This document shows positions 9,124-18,543 of a stretch of DNA of 47,364 nt, piece after piece. The stretch lies in sequence record DRR723986_4214; one strand, written 5' to 3'. The notes beneath the pieces were generated by a model. The model was given only the letters and a program-made list of their open reading frames with translations. It had not been told where the DNA came from and did not search any database. Position 1 is the first letter of the stretch. Every line of letters starts with the position of its first letter. The position numbers and the translations under genes were made by a program.

Positions 9124-10626
9124 ATGTCTGCATCACTTCTGGAAAACCACCCACTGTCCACCCAACCCAAGCCGGGCCAGTACACCAAAGGCCTGATGTG
9201 GTTTCGGCGCGACCTTCGAACCCACGACAATGCCGCACTGTTCTACGCCTTGAAGCACTGCGAACAAGTGCATTGCGTGTTTGTTTTTGACAAAACCATT
9301 CTGGACGCGCTGGCCAACAAGGCAGACAGACGCGTGGAATTCATCTGGGAAAGCTGCATGGCGCTGAAAGCAAAGCTTCAAGGCTTTGGCGGGGACCTGC
9401 ATCTGGTCTATGACCACGCCGAAACAGCGATCCCGACACTGGCTGCAAAGCTGGGTGTGCAGGCTGTGTTCACCAACAAAGACTATGAACCTGCAGCGAT
9501 TCAACGGGACATCACCGTGGGCAAATCCCTGCAAAACAAGGGAGTTGAATTGTTCCGCTTCAAAGACCAGGCCATTTTTGAAGAGGACGAGGTGCTGACC
9601 CAAGCCGGCAACTTTTTCAGCGTCTTCACGCCATTTAAAAATGCCTGCCTGAAAAAACTGGACGAGTTCCATCTAACGCCCTACCCCAGCGAATCCAGAA
9701 TGACCTCTCTGGCCAACGATTCCGGACTGAAAGCGCCTGGTCTGGAAGACATGGGCTTTAAACGCACCAATTTGCTGGAGATGATCAAGCCCGGCGAGGA
9801 AGGCGCGCTGGATGCATTTGAGGACTTTCTCAACCGCATGGACAAGTACAAAGTGGCACGTGATTTCCCTGCCGTGAAGGGTGTGAGCTACCTGAGTGTG
9901 CACAATCGATTTGGGACCATCTCCATTCGCAGACTGGCCAAAGCTGCCTATGACCGGTTTAAGTTCGATGGCAGCGAAGGTGCGATGGGTTGGCTGAATG
10001 AATTGATTTGGCGCGACTTTTATTTCCAGATCATTTACCACCGCCCTGATGCGGCCGAAAAAGCGTTCAAGCCAGAATACGATCAAATTCAATGGGACGA
10101 CGATGAAAAAGCAAAAAAGCTTTTCAAGGCCTGGTGCGAAGGCAAAACCGGCTACCCCTTGGTGGACGCCGCCCAACGGCAATTGAACCAAACCGGGTTT
10201 CAACACAACCGCCTGCGCATGGTGACAGCCAGCTTTTTGACCAAAGACCTTGGCATTGACTGGCGCTGGGGCGAGAAATACTTTGCCGAACATCTGAACG
10301 ACTTTGACCTGTCAGCCAACAACGGTGGCTGGCAATGGGCCGCCAGCAGTGGGTGCGATGCTCAACCCTACTTCCGTATTTTCAACCCCTACAGCCAGTC
10401 CGAGAAATTCGATGCGGACGGCAAATTCATACGCAAGTATTGTCCCGAACTGGCCAAACTGCCGAACAAATACATTCACAACCCCGCCGAATGTCCGCCC
10501 TTCGAATTGCAAATGGCTGGGGTGGTTCTGGGTGAAACATACCCCAGGCCCGTGGTTGAGCACGATGTCGCGAGAAAGAAAACGCTGGACAGGTATGCGG
10601 TGGTCAAGAAAGCCAAAGAGGGCTGA
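9124..10626 (+). CDS. phrB: Deoxyribodipyrimidine photolyase / cryptochrome family
   Basis: WFRRDLRTHDN, VFTPF, ELIWRDF, GKTGYPLVDA, HNRLRM, NNGGWQW and PYFRIFNP motifs. Confidence 0.92.
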   Translation: MSASLLENHPLSTQPKPGQYTKGLMWFRRDLRTHDNAALFYALKHCEQVHCVFVFDKTILDALANKADRRVEFIWESCMALKAKLQGFGGDLHLVYDHAETAIPTLAAKLGVQAVFTNKDYEPAAIQRDITVGKSLQNKGVELFRFKDQAIFEEDEVLTQAGNFFSVFTPFKNACLKKLDEFHLTPYPSESRMTSLANDSGLKAPGLEDMGFKRTNLLEMIKPGEEGALDAFEDFLNRMDKYKVARDFPAVKGVSYLSVHNRFGTISIRRLAKAAYDRFKFDGSEGAMGWLNELIWRDFYFQIIYHRPDAAEKAFKPEYDQIQWDDDEKAKKLFKAWCEGKTGYPLVDAAQRQLNQTGFQHNRLRMVTASFLTKDLGIDWRWGEKYFAEHLNDFDLSANNGGWQWAASSGCDAQPYFRIFNPYSQSEKFDADGKFIRKYCPELAKLPNKYIHNPAECPPFELQMAGVVLGETYPRPVVEHDVARKKTLDRYAVVKKAKEG

Positions 10627-10721
10627 TTTTGTCCGAACTTATGATGGTCAGTGCAGGTGCCTTCACCCATAATCATCGGTGAATTTGCATCACACAACCC
10701 CATACAAGAAGGAGACAAACA

Positions 10722-11126
10722 GTGAACGCTTACACCACCGTATTACTTTATGCAGGCTGGGTCATGATTCTGGCCTTGATTTATGTATCACCACGCGTTC
10801 CACAGGCGCTTTTGGGCCAGAAACGGATTGATGCATGGGAGCGCGGCAAGGAGTCCACAGACCCCATGTTCCTTCAACGGGCCAAAGGCGCGCATTTGAA
10901 CTGCCTGGAGAACTTTCCAGTATTCGCGGGCATTGTGGCCATGGCAGGTTTGATGGGTGAGGTTGAAGCCATCAATGCTGTGGCAGCCTATGTATTGTAT
11001 GCGCGTATTGCGCAAAGCGTGGTGCACATCAGCGGCACGTCCTTTATCCAGGTGTTCTTGCGCGCCACGTTCTTCCTTGCGCAGTTGGGCCTTCAACTTT
11101 ACATGGTGTACTTGCTGATCTGTTAA
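10722..11126 (+). CDS. MAPEG family membrane protein
   Basis: RAKGAHLNCLENFPVF and YARIAQ motifs, hydrophobic helices; AAGGAG RBS before a GTG start. Confidence 0.85.
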   Translation: MNAYTTVLLYAGWVMILALIYVSPRVPQALLGQKRIDAWERGKESTDPMFLQRAKGAHLNCLENFPVFAGIVAMAGLMGEVEAINAVAAYVLYARIAQSVVHISGTSFIQVFLRATFFLAQLGLQLYMVYLLIC

Positions 11127-11144
11127 ACCGCTGTACCTGAATTG

Positions 11145-11182
11145 AAAAAACCGCCTTTGTTTATTACTCAGGCGGTTTTTTT
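11145..11182. terminator. Bidirectional rho-independent terminator between MAPEG and hemL
   Basis: aaaaaaccgcct ... aggcggttttttt inverted repeat with A/T tails between convergent genes. Confidence 0.85.
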
Positions 11183-11199
11183 GTTTTCAAAACAACGCT

Positions 11200-12495
11200 T
11201 TATTTAATTGCAGCAAACGCTTTGTCTATCGCCACCTTGGTGGCTTCGATCACGACATCATCGTGCGTCACTGACACAAACCCAGCCTCGTAAGCCGAAG
11301 GTGCGAGGTACACGCCTGCATCCAGCATGGCATGGAAAAACCTGTTGAAACGGTCACGGTTGGACGCGCTTACCTCGGCAAAACTGCTGGGTACTTTTTC
11401 GCTGAAATAAATACCGAACATACCGCCAATGCTGTCTGCGCAAAAGGTTTCACCGTGGGCATACGCCACTTGGTTAAACGCTTCCACCAACTTGCGGGTT
11501 TGGGTTTCCAGCTTCTCGTAAAAACCGTCTTGCTTCAACAAACACATCGTGGTCAAGCCTGCCGCCACAGCCACCGGGTTGCCGCTCAAGGTACCGGCCT
11601 GATAGACAGATCCCAAAGGTGCAATACAGGCCATGATGTCTTTACGGCCTCCAAACGCACCCATTGGCATGCCACCGCCGATAATTTTCCCCAGTGTAGT
11701 CAAATCAGGAGTAATGCCATACACACCTTGCACACCCTGTGGGCCTACACGGAATCCGGTCATGACCTCATCAAAAATCAATACCGCGCCATGCTGAGTG
11801 CACAACTCGCGCAATGTATTCAAAAACTCGCGGGTGGGCTTGATGAGGTTCATGTTGCCCGCCACTGGCTCCACGATCACGCATGCAATGCTGCTGCCAC
11901 TGGCTTTGAACAACTCATGCAGTTGCTCCACATTGTTGTAGTCCAGCACACGGGTGTGTTTGGCAAAATCTTCGGGCACACCCGCAGAGGTCGGGTTACC
12001 AAAAGTCAGCAAACCTGATCCCGCCTTGACCAGCAGGCTGTCGGCATGGCCATGATAGCAACCTTCGAATTTCACAATGGTGTCACGGCCAGTGAAACCC
12101 CGGGCAAGACGAATCGCGCTCATGGTCGCCTCAGTGCCGGAACTTACCAAGCGAACCTGCTCCAGGGAAGGCAACATTTCGCACAGTGTTTCTGCCATCA
12201 CGATTTCACCTTCCGTGGGCGCACCAAAGCTCAAACCACCCACTGCAGCGTCTTGAACAGCCTTGATTACTTCGGGATGGGCGTGACCCAGTACTGCAGG
12301 GCCCCAAGAACCAATGTAGTCGATGTAACGCTTGTCATCGGCGTCCCACACGTAAGGGCCATTGGCCCGCTTAAAAAAACGCGGCGTACCACCCACAGAA
12401 CGAAATGCACGCACCGGCGAATTCACACCTCCGGGAATTGTTTTCTGCGCGCGCTCAAACAGCACTTCGTTCTGACTCACTTCTTGACTACTCAT
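11200..12495 (-). CDS. hemL: Glutamate-1-semialdehyde 2,1-aminomutase
   Basis: [41 protein letters not shown] and [10 protein letters not shown] motifs. Confidence 0.97.
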   Translation of the reverse strand: MSSQEVSQNEVLFERAQKTIPGGVNSPVRAFRSVGGTPRFFKRANGPYVWDADDKRYIDYIGSWGPAVLGHAHPEVIKAVQDAAVGGLSFGAPTEGEIVMAETLCEMLPSLEQVRLVSSGTEATMSAIRLARGFTGRDTIVKFEGCYHGHADSLLVKAGSGLLTFGNPTSAGVPEDFAKHTRVLDYNNVEQLHELFKASGSSIACVIVEPVAGNMNLIKPTREFLNTLRELCTQHGAVLIFDEVMTGFRVGPQGVQGVYGITPDLTTLGKIIGGGMPMGAFGGRKDIMACIAPLGSVYQAGTLSGNPVAVAAGLTTMCLLKQDGFYEKLETQTRKLVEAFNQVAYAHGETFCADSIGGMFGIYFSEKVPSSFAEVSASNRDRFNRFFHAMLDAGVYLAPSAYEAGFVSVTHDDVVIEATKVAIDKAFAAIK

Positions 12496-12497
12496 TC

Positions 12498-13208
12498 TCA
12501 GGACTCCGCTAAATTAACTGAACTACATCCATTCACGACATCCACCCACTGTTGCGCCACACTGCAAACCAGCCCAGCATTGGGTTCCATGCCAAACAAA
12601 CCATTCACCACAGCCACTGCTTGTGCACCTGCTTTGATTAATTCAGGCACCCGCTCAATCGTAATGCCGCCAATCGCCACGCTGGGCACACCCAAGTTGC
12701 TGGCCCGGGCAAACAATTCAAGCTCGGCTCGCACCGCTTGCGGTTTGGTGCTGCTGGGATACATGGCTCCAAAGGCCACATAACTGGCGCCATCACGCAC
12801 GGCTTGTTCGGCCAACTCAAACTGATTGTAACAAGAAGCACCCACCACCCATTTGCTGCCCAGCCTGCTTCGGGCCTGAGCAATGGCCTCATCGGTTCTA
12901 CCCAAATGCACGCCAGCGACGGCGCCACCCTCAAATTCTGAAAACTCTGCCGAGGACACGTCATTCAAAATCAGCGTCGCATCGTACTTTTGGCACGAGG
13001 CGTCCAATTGGGCCACAAACTCGATTAGCTCCGCTTGGTCCCAATTCTTTTGCCTGCACTGAAACAGGCGTATACCGCCGTCCAACGCCGCGGCAACGCA
13101 ATCCACGATCGCATCTGGAGTCCACACGGGCGAACGCTCTGGCGTAATGGCGTAAACACCCCTGATCAATCCGCCATCCACGCTATTGCACCGAGTCGCC
13201 ATCGCCAT
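12498..13208 (-). CDS. thiE: Thiamine-phosphate synthase
   Basis: GVYAIT, LILND, GVHLG, GASCYN, YVAFG-x-YPSSTK and VAIGGIT motifs; overlaps the thiD end; start may be ATG 13202. Confidence 0.9.
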   Translation of the reverse strand: MAMATRCNSVDGGLIRGVYAITPERSPVWTPDAIVDCVAAALDGGIRLFQCRQKNWDQAELIEFVAQLDASCQKYDATLILNDVSSAEFSEFEGGAVAGVHLGRTDEAIAQARSRLGSKWVVGASCYNQFELAEQAVRDGASYVAFGAMYPSSTKPQAVRAELELFARASNLGVPSVAIGGITIERVPELIKAGAQAVAVVNGLFGMEPNAGLVCSVAQQWVDVVNGCSSVNLAES

Positions 13209-14004
13209 CCTCTTCCAAGTATTGCATCAGGTGCATTCGGTCCGGAACCAACTGGCCTTTGCCCACTGCAAAACCACAACTCAGGGCTTGCCAGGTGTAC
13301 TCCAGAGCCAATTCAACCGCCTCCTGAACGCTTAAACCCTGCCCAAGCCCCACTGCACAGGCACTGGCCAGAGTGCAACCCGAACCGTGATATTGCCCGG
13401 GGAGGCGTTCGCAAGGGAATTCAACCACTTTTTGTCCTGACACATACAAGCGATTCACCACATCGCCCGAATCAAGGTGTTCGCCTTTCAACAGCACGGC
13501 CTTGCAGCCCATTTGCAACAAGCGCTCACCCGCCTCATCCACACTTTGTGCGCCGGTAAATGCCTGAGCTTCAGGCCAGTTGGGAGTCAACAAATCAACC
13601 AACGGGAATAGCTGGTTTCTGTAACTGTCAAACAAGGTCTGCCCGCCAAATGCGTCGCCCCGCCCAGAGGCCCGCACAGGGTCGACCACCAGCGGCACCG
13701 AGGGCCAGAGGCCTTTCACTCTCATCACTGCCGCCACAGCACCTTCGCTACCCAATACGCCGGTTTTGATCGCGCTTGGTGCAATGCCGTCGTCCAACAA
13801 TGCGTTTAATTGATCATCAATCCAGTCACGAGTGCATGCGTCGAAGCGCACCACGCCCACCGTGTTCTGGGCAGTCAGCCCGGTGAGAATGGTCAAGGGA
13901 TGTGCACCCAGCGCAGAAACAGTCAGTGCATCGGCTTGTAAACCCGCGCCAGCGGTGGGATCTGATGCCGAAAAGGTCAGCACCAAAGGTACAGTCAGTG
14001 TCAT
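13183..14004 (-). CDS. thiD: Hydroxymethylpyrimidine/phosphomethylpyrimidine kinase
   Basis: DPTAGAGLQAD, TAQNT, VVDPV, LTPN, LLKGEH and HGSGCTLAS motifs. Confidence 0.92.
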   Translation of the reverse strand: MTLTVPLVLTFSASDPTAGAGLQADALTVSALGAHPLTILTGLTAQNTVGVVRFDACTRDWIDDQLNALLDDGIAPSAIKTGVLGSEGAVAAVMRVKGLWPSVPLVVDPVRASGRGDAFGGQTLFDSYRNQLFPLVDLLTPNWPEAQAFTGAQSVDEAGERLLQMGCKAVLLKGEHLDSGDVVNRLYVSGQKVVEFPCERLPGQYHGSGCTLASACAVGLGQGLSVQEAVELALEYTWQALSCGFAVGKGQLVPDRMHLMQYLEEDGDGDSVQ

Positions 14005-14097
14005 TCAAAACCCAAAAAAGACCGGCAACCTTTGTAGTCGGCTGCCAAACTCAGTATTATCCACCCGTTGCAATTTTTTTTCTGGAAGTAGCTCAGA

Positions 14098-14262
14098 ATG
14101 AATACTTGGATTTGTTTGATTTGCGGTTGGGTATACGATGAAGCAGCGGGTGTACCTGATGAAGGTATTGCTCCAGGCACGAAATGGGAAGATGTTCCTC
14201 CCAACTGGGTATGCCCCGAATGCGGCGCTCGCAAAGAAGATTTTGAGATGACTCAAATCTAA
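14098..14262 (+). CDS. rubA: Rubredoxin (54 aa; absent from the ORF track)
   Basis: Hand translation MNTWICLICGWVYDEAAGVPDEGIAPGTKWEDVPPNWVCPECGARKEDFEMTQI* shows two CxxC motifs in canonical rubredoxin spacing. Confidence 0.95.
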   Translation: MNTWICLICGWVYDEAAGVPDEGIAPGTKWEDVPPNWVCPECGARKEDFEMTQI

Positions 14263-14282
14263 AAACCAAAACCCATGGATCA

Positions 14283-15650
14283 ATGACCGACCCCAAAGCC
14301 GACCCCGCCAAAGCGTTTGAAGACCACGCCCCAACGCCGGTCAGGCCCAAGTTTGTTCGGCAGTTGGGGCAGTTTTCAGCAGGCCTGCTCATTGCAGCCC
14401 TGTTTGTGTTCGCGGCCGGCCTGTTCGCCAAAAGTCAGTCGGACAGCATTCGCAATACCCAACTGGCCCAAATTAATCTGGTTGAAGGTCGCATTCAACA
14501 AGAATTGCTGGCCCTCAACAGCCCCGGGATTGAAAACGTCCAGCCTCAAGGCTTGAAAGCGTTGCTGGGTCTGGGGCAGCAAGTCAGCCAGCAAAACAAT
14601 GGGGTACAGTGGTTTGGTCCCCTGCACAGTCAAAACCTGCAAGTGTTGCTGACTCAGAGCATTGAAGCACTCTCACGCCCGGTGGCGGGTGTCAATTCTG
14701 ATCTGGACACCCAGCGTCAACTTGAAACCCAACTTCGCTTGGACACACTGCCCAAGCTTGCCCTGCTGAAAGCACACATTGCCCAGGCTACCAACGGTTA
14801 TCTAGTGCTGCTGTTTGGACTGGCTGCCCTACTGGCTTCAATTGGTTTGGCCCTGGGCGTTCAATGGAACACCCATCGTAAAACACTTGCGCTGGGCCGC
14901 CGTGTGCAAATGTTAAGCCGCGCTTTGCATAGCCAACAGGAAAATGATCAAAAACGCGAGGGCGCCCATGCTGCACTTGAAGGTGTACTGAAAGCGCTAA
15001 ACAGCAACCAGCAACTGGAGCACCGCGGCACCTTGCTGCAAATTGGCCAACAACTCGAAGAGCTCAACCAAAGTGGACGGGCTGTGTTGCAATTTGCAAG
15101 ATCGTTCCACCAGCTGTCCACTCAAGGCACCCAGGTTGTTAAGTCAACGTTGAACAGCGAACATCGCAATGCCAAAGCAGAAAGCCATATGGAGATCATG
15201 CAAACCCAGCTTGAGGGTTTGCGTTCAGACATACGCAGCGCAGCACAAGGCTTGCGAAAGGCTGGAGAAGTGAGCCGACAGCTACTGGGCAGGCTGGATG
15301 CCTCGCAAATGGAGCTCACCCTGACAGAACCCGAGAACAGTCGGCAACTGCAGCAACTGGTCGAACAAAGCCAACAGGCCTTGAAAGAATCCATTGAAGG
15401 ATTGGTGTTGGCCAGCCAGAAAATCAATGCAGGTCAACATGAATCGAACAAACTGGCCGAATACATGGCGGTGAATCAAACTGCCTGGTCCAACTTGCTT
15501 AGCCAGGTTGAACAAGTGGCAGAGTCGGCCTCTCAGGAATCCGAGAGCGCTTTGCGGCTCGCAAAACGCCTCATGGAGAAAAGCCAGCACATGGCATTGG
15601 CCGCCCCTGACAATCAGGCAGCCAAAGCACCGCCACAACTGCTGCCCTGA
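14283..15650 (+). CDS. Hypothetical membrane protein with chemoreceptor-like topology (2 TM plus long Gln-rich coiled coil)
   Basis: TM1 FSAGLLIAALFVFAAGLFA, TM2 YLVLLFGLAALLASIGLALGV, ~120-aa extracytoplasmic segment, helical Q/E/L-rich C-terminus; no canonical MCP tip motif. Confidence 0.65.
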   Translation: MTDPKADPAKAFEDHAPTPVRPKFVRQLGQFSAGLLIAALFVFAAGLFAKSQSDSIRNTQLAQINLVEGRIQQELLALNSPGIENVQPQGLKALLGLGQQVSQQNNGVQWFGPLHSQNLQVLLTQSIEALSRPVAGVNSDLDTQRQLETQLRLDTLPKLALLKAHIAQATNGYLVLLFGLAALLASIGLALGVQWNTHRKTLALGRRVQMLSRALHSQQENDQKREGAHAALEGVLKALNSNQQLEHRGTLLQIGQQLEELNQSGRAVLQFARSFHQLSTQGTQVVKSTLNSEHRNAKAESHMEIMQTQLEGLRSDIRSAAQGLRKAGEVSRQLLGRLDASQMELTLTEPENSRQLQQLVEQSQQALKESIEGLVLASQKINAGQHESNKLAEYMAVNQTAWSNLLSQVEQVAESASQESESALRLAKRLMEKSQHMALAAPDNQAAKAPPQLLP

Positions 15651-16570
15651 CCCGCCGTGCAACCATAACAGTGGTCGCCAACCACTACATCAATTGAATC
15701 AAGCGCGGTTTGCGTCAAGTCGGCCAACGTCAATGCTCTGCCCTGAGAATCTCGCACGGGCCACCCCAATTGCTGATTGAAATCGCAATCGTACAGCTTG
15801 CCTTCATAATCAATGGAGACGAGACTTCGGCACATGACCGACTCAAGGTTACTTTCCCGGTAAGCGCCTTTCAAGGTATTCATGTAAGTCTCGAACGTGC
15901 CCTTACTGATCAGCGTGCTACCAAAACGGGCGATCGGCATGTTTGTAATTGTCACCAAGCCAGTGAAGCGAATGCCAAACTTGTCGAACAACACTGCTTT
16001 GTAATCCGCTTCCAGGGCTTGCTGGGGTGGCGGCAAGGAAGGACCTTGCGGGTTGAATACCAGGGTCAGGCGCAACTTCTCGCCATAGCCCAAGACATTC
16101 AGTTTTTGCAAACCCGCAATGCTTGCATCGAATACGCCTTTGCCCCTTTGTTTGTCCACATTGTCTTCCAGGTAACAAGGCAAGGATGCAAAAATTTCCA
16201 CCTCGTTTTCAGCGAGAAACTGGGCCAAATCCTCATATCCCGGCTCACTCAAAATGGTCAGGTTGCAGCGGTCAATCACATGCACTCCAGCATTGCGCGC
16301 AGCAAGTACCAAGCGCTTGAAGCGTGGGTTCATCTCGGGCGCACCGCCGGTCAAATCAAGCTTTTTCACCCAGCCTTGGTTCATCAAGGCAATGAGCTGG
16401 TCAATTTGCTCGTCTTGCATCAACTCGGTGCGATTGGGGCCGGCATTCACATGACAATGGGTACAGCTTTGATTGCACAGATAACCCAGGTTCACCTGAA
16501 TGGTTTCAAGATTCAAGCGCTTCACGCTGGGGAAGGTGGTACTTTTCAACAAATGAACTACTGAGTGCAT
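15614..16570 (-). CDS. Radical SAM protein, ArsS / DUF3641 (Cys-rich C-terminus) family
   Basis: QVNLGYLCNQSCTHCHVNAGP (CX3CX2C), DLTGGAPE, IDRCNLT, ASLPCY, MCR, YDCDFNQ and HCYGCTAGQGSSCGG motifs; ATG 16570. Confidence 0.88.
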   Translation of the reverse strand: MHSVVHLLKSTTFPSVKRLNLETIQVNLGYLCNQSCTHCHVNAGPNRTELMQDEQIDQLIALMNQGWVKKLDLTGGAPEMNPRFKRLVLAARNAGVHVIDRCNLTILSEPGYEDLAQFLAENEVEIFASLPCYLEDNVDKQRGKGVFDASIAGLQKLNVLGYGEKLRLTLVFNPQGPSLPPPQQALEADYKAVLFDKFGIRFTGLVTITNMPIARFGSTLISKGTFETYMNTLKGAYRESNLESVMCRSLVSIDYEGKLYDCDFNQQLGWPVRDSQGRALTLADLTQTALDSIDVVVGDHCYGCTAGQGSSCGGALAA

Positions 16571-16711
16571 GTAGGCTCCGGTTTCTGTGCGCCGCTCGGT
16601 TATTTCGTTTTCAGATAATGAGAGAATCAAGACTTGCAAGCAAGATCGATCCGGTTTGATTATCGCGTTAATCGATAGTAACAAACTTACACAAGCTCAT
16701 TCGCTCAAGCC

Positions 16712-16915
16712 ATGATTCAAGTTACAGTCAACGGTGAAAATCGTGAAATGCCCGAAAACAGCACTGTGGCGCACCTTGTGGAAAGCCTCCAACTGAACGG
16801 CAAGCGCATCGCTGTCGAGTTGAATGGCGAAATTGTGCCCAAAAGCCAGCATGCCAACACACCATTGAACCCTGGGGCCAGCCTGGAAATCGTGGTTGCT
16901 GTGGGCGGTGGTTAA
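16712..16915 (+). CDS. thiS: Sulfur carrier protein ThiS
   Basis: Ubiquitin-like 67-aa protein, IAVELNGEIVP, C-terminal VGGG; upstream of thiG. Confidence 0.95.
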   Translation: MIQVTVNGENREMPENSTVAHLVESLQLNGKRIAVELNGEIVPKSQHANTPLNPGASLEIVVAVGGG

Positions 16916-16936
16916 ACTATCAGGAGCAGTACCCCC

Positions 16937-17752
16937 ATGAATACACAAATCGAGAAAAACAACGACACCTGGAAAGTGGGCAACCGCGAATTCACCAGCC
17001 GTTTGCTGGTGGGCACCGGCAAATATGCCAGCCTGGATGAAACCCGTGACGCAATCACCGAGAGCGGCGCGGAAATCGTCACTGTCGCGATTCGCCGCAC
17101 CAACATTGGTCAAAACGCGGGCGAAGCGAGCCTGCTCGATTACATTCCTCCCAGCCAATTCACTTACCTCCCCAATTCAGCGGGTTGCTACACCGCCAAA
17201 GACGCCGTGCGCACCTTGCGCCTGGGCCGCGAACTGCTGGACGGTCACAACCTGTGCAAACTCGAAGTTCTGGGCGATCCCACCAACTTGTACCCCGACA
17301 TGGAAGAGACACTGATTGCGGCCAAAGAACTGGTCGCCGATGGTTTTGACGTGATGGTGTACTGCTCCGACGATCCCATTTACGCCCGCAAACTCGAGGA
17401 TGCTGGCTGTTTGGCCATCATGCCGTTGGCCTCGCTCATTGGTTCTGGCATGGGTATTTTGAACCCGTGGAACATCAACCTGATATTGGAAAAAGCACAG
17501 GTACCTGTGATTGTGGATGCCGGTGTAGGCACAGCCTCCGATGCTGCAATTGCCATGGAATTGGGTTGTGCTGGCGTATTGATGAACACCGCAATCGCCA
17601 AGGCACAGAACCCGGTGCAAATGGCACGTGCCATGCGTTTGGCCACAAAGGCCGGTCGCGAGGCCTTTCTTGCAGGTAGAATGCCGAAAAAGTTTTACAC
17701 AGCCAGTCCCTCTTCCCCTGTGGAGGGCGTTATTTCCTCCAGCTCAAAATGA
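16937..17752 (+). CDS. thiG: Thiazole synthase
   Basis: [28 protein letters not shown] and [11 protein letters not shown] motifs. Confidence 0.97.
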   Translation: MNTQIEKNNDTWKVGNREFTSRLLVGTGKYASLDETRDAITESGAEIVTVAIRRTNIGQNAGEASLLDYIPPSQFTYLPNSAGCYTAKDAVRTLRLGRELLDGHNLCKLEVLGDPTNLYPDMEETLIAAKELVADGFDVMVYCSDDPIYARKLEDAGCLAIMPLASLIGSGMGILNPWNINLILEKAQVPVIVDAGVGTASDAAIAMELGCAGVLMNTAIAKAQNPVQMARAMRLATKAGREAFLAGRMPKKFYTASPSSPVEGVISSSSK

Positions 17753-18453
17753 CCGACCAAACCCCCGACAATCCGTTTCGCGACCAGCACATCAAAAGTT
17801 TTGTGAAACGTCGGGGGCACATTTCACGCGCCCAGGAACGAGCAGTTGAAGAAGGCATGCCTAAATGGGGCATCACTTACAGCTCGCAATCGTCAATCGA
17901 CTTCGACAAGCAATGGGGCACGCAAGGCCAGCCCAACTGGCTTGAAATCGGCTTTGGCATGGGCGAAACCACCGCCAAAATTGCCAAAGCACACCCGGAG
18001 GTGAACTATCTGGGTGTGGAAATTTATACAGCGGGTGTAGGCTCGCTGATCAAGAAGATCGAAGAAGAAGGCATCGAAAATATCCGGATCATTTCACACG
18101 ATGTCGTGGACGTCCTTCGCGACATGATCCCCGATGCCAGCCTGGACAAAGTGCTTCTGTACTTTCCCGACCCTTGGCGTAAGGCCCGCCACCACAAACG
18201 GCGACTCATCCAACCCGAATTCGTGGCCAAACTGGCGAAAAAGATGAAACCTGGCGGGGTGCTGCACTGTGCCACCGACTGGGAAAATTATGCCCACCAC
18301 ATGCATGATGTTCTCAGCGTAGCGCCCGATTGGCAGAATGTGGCATCGACACCTTTTGTACCACGCCCCGATGATCGGCCGTTGACCAAGTTCGAAAATC
18401 GCGGATTGAAGCTTGGCCACGGCGTTTGGGACCTTCTCTACCGCGTGCGCTGA
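17749..18453 (+). CDS. trmB: tRNA (guanine-N7)-methyltransferase
   Basis: [13 protein letters not shown]-x-KARHHKRR, ATDWENYA and TKFE motifs. Confidence 0.96.
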   Translation: MTDQTPDNPFRDQHIKSFVKRRGHISRAQERAVEEGMPKWGITYSSQSSIDFDKQWGTQGQPNWLEIGFGMGETTAKIAKAHPEVNYLGVEIYTAGVGSLIKKIEEEGIENIRIISHDVVDVLRDMIPDASLDKVLLYFPDPWRKARHHKRRLIQPEFVAKLAKKMKPGGVLHCATDWENYAHHMHDVLSVAPDWQNVASTPFVPRPDDRPLTKFENRGLKLGHGVWDLLYRVR

Positions 18454-18543
18454 TACGGCTCAAACAGACCTCCCCTCTTGCGGTATGCCGAGCCGTCTCT
18501 GAATTTGCTTTAATCAGGCTCAATCCCGCAAATTCAACACGGC

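Noticed and set aside
14001-14431. Several short minus-strand ORFs upstream of thiD
   Set aside because: Shadows of the rubredoxin gene and the 14283 gene on the + strand.
15620-15650. Selenocysteine at the ArsS-like C-terminus
   Set aside because: The SS-C-GG codon is TGT (Cys), not TGA.
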